DNA from: the human T2T-CHM13v2.0 reference genome, Homo sapiens | Length of the DNA stretch: 64,000 bases | Assembly (NCBI RefSeq): GCF_009914755.1 | Contig: NC_060933.1 | Direction: 5' to 3' (one strand) | In this document: one piece after another, positions 55,190 to 64,000 of the stretch | Layout: every line of letters begins with the position of its first letter | Numbering within the stretch: position 1 is the first letter of the stretch | Translations under genes and position numbers: made by a program | Notes under the pieces: model-generated | Databases searched by the model: none | The model's input: the letters and a program-made list of their open reading frames with translations, nothing else | What the model was told of the DNA's origin: nothing

Positions 55190-55655
55190 GCCCACAGTGG
55201 TGGCTTGAAAAGAAGCTTCTACTGTCTTAGAGACCCCCTACACCATTGGCCACAGTTACCTAACTCAAGTGGTTCACTTATAACCCAGCACCCTGGATCA
55301 TTGTTTGGTCCAAGGATGGGCACCAAATCCAGGTTGAACCAATCACTGCATTTCCTTAAGAAAATTTTAACTTGACACCGAGGTGGTTTTTGGAGTTGCG
55401 AACTTGAGTTGTCAAATAGCCATGTTTCTAACTCCAAGGACGGAGAGCAGCATGAAAGCATGAAGCCAGAAATAATAGAAATTGGGGCCGAGGGCGGGAC
55501 TCCTGGCAGCATTTGAACTTGATTCTAGTCATCCTTGAGGACCAGCTGCACTTCCACTCTTCTCGTAGTTTGGTTAAGTAAACAACTAGTCTTCCTTCTA
55601 CCTGATATGTTTTAAGCCAAGTTTCTTTCATTCGTTTGAAATCAAAATAGTTATG
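55190..55655 (+). mobile_element. Old MLT1 (K/L-like) LTR
   Basis: 'tggtccaaggatgggcacc...ccaatca', 'tcctggcagcatttgaac', 'ttaagccaagttt'. Confidence 0.55.
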
Positions 55656-57469
55656 GTTGAAAAAGCCACACACAACTGTGGGAACTTGAGCAAGTTACTT
55701 AAAACCCTGAATCAGTTTGCTTATTTACAAATAAGTGAAGAAGACATGCTTTTAAAAGGATTTTTTCAGAGCATGAAAATATATGTATACTATCTACTCC
55801 CCTTACTTAAAACTCACTTTATTACTCCTTTGAAAAGTATCAGGTACATTCTTCAAGTTCTTTCATTGGAGTTGATTGTTCTTTCATTTAGAATGGTTGA
55901 CAACCTAGCATGGAACTTAACTCTCCAGAGTGCTGTAGATTACCCATCACAAGACTTTCAGGTACCGAATTTACCCTTCCCTTCCTTATGCTGCACACCC
56001 CACAGCTTTACATAATGGTGATAAATCAAACAAACGTCTGGTTGATTTCTGTATGCAGAGCACATGGCAGAGTGCCTAGCACTGAGGAACTCTTCAGGAA
56101 CTATTTTAAAACAGTTAGAAGCAACAGCTGAATTTCTTTAAGAAATAATCATGTAATGTGATGGTCTCATTCCAAGAACATTAAAAGGTCTCAATAAGTA
56201 TTCATTAGTGCTCCAGAAGCCCCAACAGCGGCTTTTAGTTATTGTCTCTCCTTAGCGGTATGTTAATTTTGCAAATTTTCCAATTAATCTCGGCATTTTT
56301 ATTTTCTTTATTTCTTCTTTTCTTTCCCTTCTCTTTTTTATTTTATTTTTGATAGATTAGGAATACAGTATAGATTCAGAGTCCCATCCCAGAAGCTAAA
56401 TATCTCACCGTTTACTCTTTCCTGTGAGTTTTTATTACCTCTGTGATTGTGTCTGATATTGCTCAAGTCAGGAAGGAAGCGTCATTAAATAAGAAACCAG
56501 AGGTAAGACCTTAAATCAAGCATGGTTTGATACTTTGCACATTTAAGCTACTGTTGTGTTTTGGTATTTAAAAAGTTAGAGTTACTTATTTTTACCAGGT
56601 TGTTTGAATAAATAACTCTCCAATCATGGTAGAAAAATGATAACTCTTACTTTCTCCAAGCTTAGACTTAGTGACTGTGAGTAAAGACATGGAATCTGAG
56701 GAAGATGCTATACCTTCTTTAGATACAAGAATCAGTATTTATGGAATACGTGTGTGTTCAATGCTCACCCATAATGAAGAATGCAAAGCAGTTAGCAAGC
56801 CACAGCTTCCGGTACTGGTTTTTACCCATTTCTGCAAATGCTGCCAAGATCTTCTTGGCTAATTTAGCATCTTGCTTGTATGAGATAGGTGGGTGATATT
56901 TTCATTATAGGTAAGGAATGGGATTCTAAGAAATCCATTACCTTTAATCCCTACTATGGACAATTGCCAGGCATTATTGCATTCCATATCAATCAAGAAT
57001 TAGGAGAGAACAATTTAAGTAGAGCTTTAATTGGATTGGAATCTAGAAACAGCTGCAAAAGATTGTATTCTTTCTGAATGGGGGAGCACTGCTTTTCTGG
57101 AAGTCTTCACAGTGTACATTATTCTCTTTTTGAATGGAAATATTTGCTGCCAAATACCTGCTTAGGATGTGAAAAGCCAAATTTAACTTATTTTTTTCAG
57201 ACAGCCTGGCAATTAAGCTTTTACTTTAGAGTTTGGTTTATTCATTCTAATAATGGTTATCATCATGGAAAGTTTTAATTAAGTATTCGGCATCTACCAG
57301 ATGATATATATGTTACCAAAAAGTAATACCTATTTTTAGAGAGCTCATACTTCATATCAGCAAGAAGTAAGTCATTTAAAAATGTCCTAAGTTAGGCATA
57401 CACACATGTACACCATGTCAATAATCACCAAGATGTCTATCCTGCATTTGCTTCATATTGCCAAGTGCA

Positions 57470-57640
57470 AATATGTTTATTTCATTTGTATATTCTTATA
57501 TCAGTCCTCTAAACACAAAAATGTTAATTTGGCTCCTATTTTACAGATGTGAATATGAGATTCCAATTACTTAAAGGACCTGCCCAAGGCCATAGAGGTG
57601 GGAAAGGAAAGGTCAATCGTCTTTCTACTACACCATGTAT
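57470..57640 (-). mobile_element. MIR
   Basis: 'cctattttacagatgtgaa' and 'acctgcccaaggccatag'. Confidence 0.65.
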
Positions 57641-57699
57641 CACATTATTTTTATGCACTTGAATAACCTTGTCCACAGTCAAAGTTGAAAAATTGGTGA

Positions 57700-58400
57700 A
57701 GATTGTCTAATTTCACTCAGCTTCCTGTTCTGGGCTTTTCTTCATCGTTAGACTCTTCACCTTTTTGAAGCTCTCTTGATCTTTGCCTTCCCTTACCCTC
57801 CTACCTCCTAGTGATTCTTTATTTCTCTTTGCAGATACCTTTCCCTCTGCCCACATCTAACAAACTGGTATTCCTCAGAGTCCTATCCTCAAACCTTCTC
57901 CTGCTTCAGTCTACTTAGCATTCCTGGAGGATCTCTCCCATATCTGTAGCTTCTGCTACCTATATGTTAGTGACATCCAAATTTTATATTGCTAGTTCAG
58001 ACTTCTTGCCCACTCCATATCTCTGCTTTGATAACCAGCGGCTACTACAGAGTCAACATGTTACCAAACTGAACCCATTAGATGTCGCTTATACATGCTC
58101 CTCCTCCTGCTTCCCCTCTCTTACACCACAGCACCACCCTCTTCTCAGTGGTCTAAGCCAAGAGCCTCAGAGACATCTTTGATCCTGCCTTCTTTCTCAC
58201 CTTCTTTGTATAATTGACCTCCATATCCAGTGATTCAGCTTTAGAAAAAAAATTTATCTGCTCATTTTTCTTTCAATTCTCATTGTCATTGCCACATTTT
58301 AAATTTTGCCCATCTCTCTCTAGAACAATTCCTGTAGCCACCTAAATATTTCTCTGCATCTCTCTAATCATCCTATTACTTAGGGCTTTTAGCCTACTCC
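57700..58400 (+). mobile_element. L2 fragment
   Basis: 'ttcctcagagtcctatcctc', 'tcaacatgttaccaaactgaac', 'aagccaagagcctcagagacatctttga'. Confidence 0.7.
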
Positions 58401-58458
58401 TCCCACCAGGGAAACCTCCATCTAATCACATCCAGGAAAATTAGAAATACCGTGTTCA

Positions 58459-58781
<323 letters not shown>

Positions 58782-59469
58782 AGAAATACCATGTTCACAT
58801 TGTTTTCCCCTTTTGCAACCTATCAACTGTGTACCCTGTCATGTTCCCTGTCGACAGGCAAAACTTGCTGGATTTTATATCAACCACATCCCTAAAACCT
58901 CATCAAGGTAGGAGGACCTGGAACAGTAGCCACCAGGGTCAGGTGCTCCAGAGCAGTAGCTACTAAGCCACTGTCGGGCTTGGCAGCCTGCTGCACTGAC
59001 TCAGGCGTGTTCCCCAGTTGAAATGGTTACAACATTTTTACAAAAGCCTTTGTTCTTGATTTGTTTGAGTTGTATGTTAGCTAAGGTTTAATGCGATCCA
59101 AGAAGAGGACAATAAGCAGAAATAAATGCAGCTAAATCAATGATAGCAGAAAAATATCTCCAGGTGAAATAATAAATGAAAAATCTTTGGCTCTTTGTAT
59201 CATTGCAAACGCTTATGATACTATCTTGCCCTTCACTCTCAAACTTGCCCCTGGGGGTGGGGAGAAGTTTATGTAGCAAATTAAGGTACACACAGGGTTC
59301 TGCCCTTTTTTTCTGGCTGTTGTTTCTCTAAGTGGAGTCTTCTTATTATCTTAATATAGATTAGGTTTATAAACTCATGAGGATTTGAATTCACATATTT
59401 TCTTTTTCAGTTTTAGATTCCTATACAGTTAGTTATAGGAGTCTAAGCTGAAACTTTCCATCAAATAAC

Positions 59470-59870
59470 ACATTGTTGGATTGTTAGCACTAGAAGACAT
59501 CTTATAGCTTTGTTCAATTCACTATTGAGAAAAATGAGGCTCCAAGTAGGGAAACGATGCGTCTGGTGATCACATGACTGGTAGATATTAATCAGCACTT
59601 ACGTAATACTTGAGTCAGCCTCACCCTATTTAAGTCAATACCCTTTCTGAATGTTCATGTAAATTTGGCATACTAAAAATAAATTGGTTTGTACTGAAGG
59701 CTCCATGATGCAGTGGGCAAGTGCGGACATTAGAGTCAGAGCGACCCAATCCAAATGCTGGCTGTCTAATTCTAGGTCAGTCAAGTTAAATTAGAGGCTG
59801 TTTCCCCATATGTAAAGGGGGCATAAATAAAATTATGCTTGTAAAATGCTTAATATTGTACATAGCATAG
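59470..59870. mobile_element. Two MIR fragments in opposite orientations
   Basis: 'gagaaaaatgaggctccaag' (-) and 'ttagagtcaga...ctgtttccccatatgtaaaggggg' (+). Confidence 0.55.
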
Positions 59871-60868
59871 GTCTTCTTTCTCAAAGAAAAAACTAACCAT
59901 GAAGAAGATATATTAACAGATTCACCAGTTTTGTCTGAACTCCAAGAAAAAAGAAATTATACCACAGCTGTTGGTACTCAAGGGCTGTCTAAAAAAGTGA
60001 AGATGTAAATACATCATTTAAACTTCCCTTCCTTTAGATTTTCACTGGTTTGAAAGGGAAATTAGGGGAGCTAGCCTCCTAACTCCAACCAAGGATCACA
60101 TAAAAGATGGAATGTTTATTCATGTAAGCACAGCTTAACAGATAAGTTTCAAGTTTTTTTAGTTAATAGAATACATACATTTTAAGCTACAATTATACTA
60201 TAAATAATATCATTAAAAAATTGCATAAAATTAAGTGCACAGTAATACAGAGAGAAAAACCTTCATGGGGAGAAAAGGCATGATGTAGGTACAGGGAGAT
60301 GAAAAGGCAAAGCCTCCTCGTTAAGGCAAGATAGGCTGTGGACTGAAGTTTGCAGAAAAAAGACCTCATTTAATAGTGAAATGACACCTATGTGTGGGAG
60401 AAATTGTTACATAGATTAAGGTTAAGCAATTTGTTTCCTTGACGGTGGACCAAATAATCTCAGTTTAAGTACACTAAAACAATATTGTGCAACCAGACGT
60501 TTGTTTTCTCTCTTCTGCTATCTTTCCAATCAGCACACTCAACAATTACACCCTCTGCTCCCAGGCACTCCCACTCTGAAGATTTCACCCATAAATCAGG
60601 GACTAGCTTTAAATGCCTGTTTTGCTACCTTCTGTTGTGCAATCGAACATACCACCAGGACATGATCTCCACATAGGGTTTTTGCAGGAGCTGTAATCAA
60701 ATCAAATCTAAATATGTACTTTCCCTCAGTCTGCCTTTTCAGCAGAAGATACAGCAAAGAAACTTTAATTTCTTGTAAAGTTACTGAGGGAAAAAAACTA
60801 GTAATAGCAAAAAAGGAATGATGACCTTAGGTTGTGGGTTAGGATGTTATTTGTTAGATTATAAAGGA

Positions 60869-60871
<3 letters not shown>

Positions 60872-60919
<48 letters not shown>

Positions 60920-60927
60920 CAAGAGAG
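60872..60927. repeat. (TG)n(AG)n compound microsatellite
   Basis: Direct observation. Confidence 0.95.
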
Positions 60928-61894
60928 CACTTTAAGTAAATGAAAATTCAGATGTGAGAAAATTCTTTTCTCAGCTTGCCCACCAGTGGACATTAAGAAC
61001 TTGAGAACAGCTGACTTTTTATTGTGTTTCACACTTTAGAGCTGGTGGGATGTGAAAGATTATCTGGTTCATTGGCTTCCCAACAAGTTCCCAAGAGCCC
61101 AAATGTTCCACAGAGGGAATTAGCGAGATGAACCCCCTTCCCCACATTTGATTTGTATGGTAGGCAGGCACTCACTCGCAAACAAGAGGGATGCATCTTG
61201 GAAAGCATGCGTGACTTAAAAATCCAGGGATCTAAAAGGTATTTGTTTCTAGGCAATTGCAGTGAAGGATTCCATTGTGCCAGTTGTAGGTAGTCAACTC
61301 TCAAAGAGCTCATGTAAGAGACAGCTTTTTCCTGTCAGTGAAAATGAGAACCAGCAAGCTGCCCACCCTTGACACTTGGCTCCAATTCTCTCAGTTTAGC
61401 TCCCCATGTTCTCACCACAAGCCCTTCTGAGTTTTGGGGTTCCAGAGATAGTCTTTGGTAAATTCCCTCTGAACCACTAAAGGATACTTTTCTGATAATC
61501 ACAAATTGCTTACCTAAAAGCACAAATGACAACTCTAACAGAAAACCTTTCAGTCCCGGTGTATAAACTCCATGTCCCAAATGGGAGTGCCGAGTATCTG
61601 GTTAAGGATGGGAGGATGGGATGCTCTATGGGGTATTTTATTCATGACTCGCCATGTTACTTACAACATTGTCTGGTAGCAATCCCACTGAGTGCTGCTG
61701 TGACATTTTTAAGAATTTTCCTAGTCATTGATGAACAGGTTCTTTTGAACAGCGAGGCACTCATAAAGCATCCAAGTCAGAAGCATACCTCAGTTAAATA
61801 CACATGGACCAGGAACTACTTAATTGAGGGTTATTGACATTTAATTTGTAAAAAAGGTTTGACCCCAATAAAAAGGACAAAAACCATTGATTAA

Positions 61895-62010
61895 TACTAA
61901 TTTCTTATTTTTATGGGTAAAGAAACTAAAGGCCAAGGAACAGAAGTGAATTTCTCAAAGTTACATGGCTTTTAAATGATGGAGCTGGGACTAAGGCTGC
62001 TGGTGTCTGG
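61895..62010 (-). mobile_element. MIR fragment
   Basis: 'aaagaaactaaaggcc...aaagttacatggc...ggagctggga'. Confidence 0.55.
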
Positions 62011-62249
62011 CTCATTCAGAGTCACTGCCCCCATACTCCACCCAGAATCAGAGTCGCCAGATGTCAGATTGAGGACAGTGGAGTCCATTTAGTCCATCGG
62101 TTTTCTAAAGCACAGATGAATGATAGAAGAATGACTAAAGCTCAGCATGATTCCAGAATTCTGGCACTGCCAGGTATGCATGTATAGCCTCTTTAGATGT
62201 CAGTCTTCTCAGAAAATGGGTTTACACTAGATAGTTGCTTTGGGTATCA

Positions 62250-62733
62250 GTTAATTTTAGTGGCTCAACAGTCCTTGTTTTTGCCTTTTCCCCTCTTTGG
62301 TAATAATGTCCCATTCACTTTTGGAGAATCTCCTGTCCCTCAATCTTAGTCACTTGGTTTGGGTAGGACTAACCCTTCTGCTCAGGGTGGACATGTCCCT
62401 CGGGCTTGCTAGTCAGAGTGACAGTTGTTGGTTAGGGCATCATACCTGATCTAGTCTCCACCAATGAGAACCAGGTTAGGGTCTTGCTGTCTCTCGATGA
62501 GGGTTGTTTAGCTGCTAAGATATGAACTTGTTGCTGGGAGGGTCATATGTAAAGAGAATCTGCCTGAGAATAAAGTCATATGGAGGAAAGGAGAGCTAAA
62601 AGATGGGGAGGCAGAGTCTGAATGCCATCTTCTGAGGCCCTGGATCCAGGATCAATAGCCAAGCAGATTTCTTCTTTGTATTAAAACTGGTTCCAGTTAA
62701 ATTTTGGTCACTTGCAACCTAATAAGTCCTAAG
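62250..62733 (+). mobile_element. MLT1K-like solo LTR
   Basis: 'ttggttagggcat...ccaatgaga', 'tgcctgagaataaagtca', 'ccctggatccag', 'gtcacttgcaacc...agtcctaagaca'. Confidence 0.72.
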
Positions 62734-63454
62734 ACAAAATCCTTTGGGTATTTCAGTGTTAAAATTGCATAGCTTCGTGAAGAAGGAATCAACAGTAACA
62801 GATGCATTCACATATATAGAGGAAATTGTGAAATTCCACTGTCTTAGAATGATGTCTTTAATAGCTCTCTGAATATTTCTCATTATTTTTATTCCCTGAA
62901 GATACATAGCAAGTTCTAGTGCTTTGGAAATGAGTTTCTACTTTTTAAGAGAGCATCCTACACATGTCAGTTATATACTCTTTAGCCCTGAATCATTAGA
63001 GGAAGTACAGGAGTGAAGGTGGGAATATGGGCATGCCATCATATTTTTAGCAGCTTTATAAATGTATGCATTAGATTTATTCAATTAATAGTTGTCTTAA
63101 CAGGTTGGGCAATTTTATCATTAACTCAAGGTTTCATTCATTTACAATATCATTTCCTCATTAAATATTCTTTAAGAGGATTTCAGTTGAGTAAGACTAT
63201 TTAAAATGAGGCACCATACACCTTTTCCCTTTAATGAATTTATTCCTTTTTCAGGAATTAATTAAAATCAGTTGTGGAGAAGAGATATGCAGTAAATGAA
63301 TAAAGTAGTGTCTGGGCAAATGTAAAGGAGTAACTGCCATTAACTGAAATGAAGCACATTCCAAAGGCAACTTGTTAATGGAGAATTTTCATACTTAGAT
63401 GCACCAACAAGAAGTTCATTACTCAATGAAATTACACTCATCTGAGACTACTAT

Positions 63455-63641
63455 TTCCCTCTTCCTCCTTCCTTTCCTCTTTCTCACTTTCCCTCTTTTC
63501 CTCCCTTCTCTCATCCCTTCCTTCCTTAATTTCACTCTTTCTCTTAAATAAAGTAAATTGGCTTCATTACTATTCCAAGACAAGCCTTTTCTTTCTTTCT
63601 TTCTCTTTTCTTTTCTTTTCTTCTTTCTTTCTTTCTTTCTG

Positions 63642-63692
<51 letters not shown>

Positions 63693-63709
63693 CTTTCTTT
63701 CTTTCTTTC
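63455..63709. repeat. CT-rich tract (63455-63545) and (TTTC)n microsatellite (63585-63709)
   Basis: Long pyrimidine runs; a single G interrupts the TTTC array. Confidence 0.95.
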
Positions 63710-64000
63710 AGAGCTTGAACCTTCTAAGATACAAAATAGTCATAAATTATCTTGCTAAATCCAGAGCCTTCATTCTTGGAAAGGCATGGTAAAGAGAAGA
63801 TACCAGAATGGGGAAAGAGCTGAATTTTCAAACTAGAGGAAACATCCTTTCAAATTTAATTCACAAACTGGGAATGGAAATGTCATTTCCTCACTCAGAG
63901 GGTTAATCACTTTCTAATTTGAACCGGCAAATATTATAATGACACTATGAAATTAGCAGCATTTTATTGTGTTAATTATCTGCAGGACACGATATCATTA

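Overview
AT-rich, CpG-poor primate genomic DNA, probably human or another ape (AluJ/S/Y, an L1PA 3' end, THE1). It is intronic or intergenic. I found no credible protein-coding exon, RNA gene, CpG island or CRISPR-like array. The listed ORFs are Alu, MaLR-internal, microsatellite or random frames. Much of the window is a layered record of transposons: 13 Alus, a truncated THE1 MaLR provirus, several MLT1 LTRs and one LTR16, L1/L2/MIR fragments, and hAT/TcMar DNA elements (MER5, MER33, MER91A, Charlie4a, MER2, MER103), plus microsatellites. The unique stretches between them include several motif-dense candidate enhancers and a few possible splice signals. I do not see a novel biological system here. 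The most notable items are mutational or structural: a left-monomer-only Alu with a perfect 15-bp TSD, a perfect 44-bp AT palindrome inside a MIR, a triple-nested transposon, and an Alu/THE1 junction with an apparent deletion. Repeat family calls come from recalled consensus sequences rather than a run alignment, so subfamilies and the boundaries of old repeats are approximate. I cannot identify the chromosomal locus.
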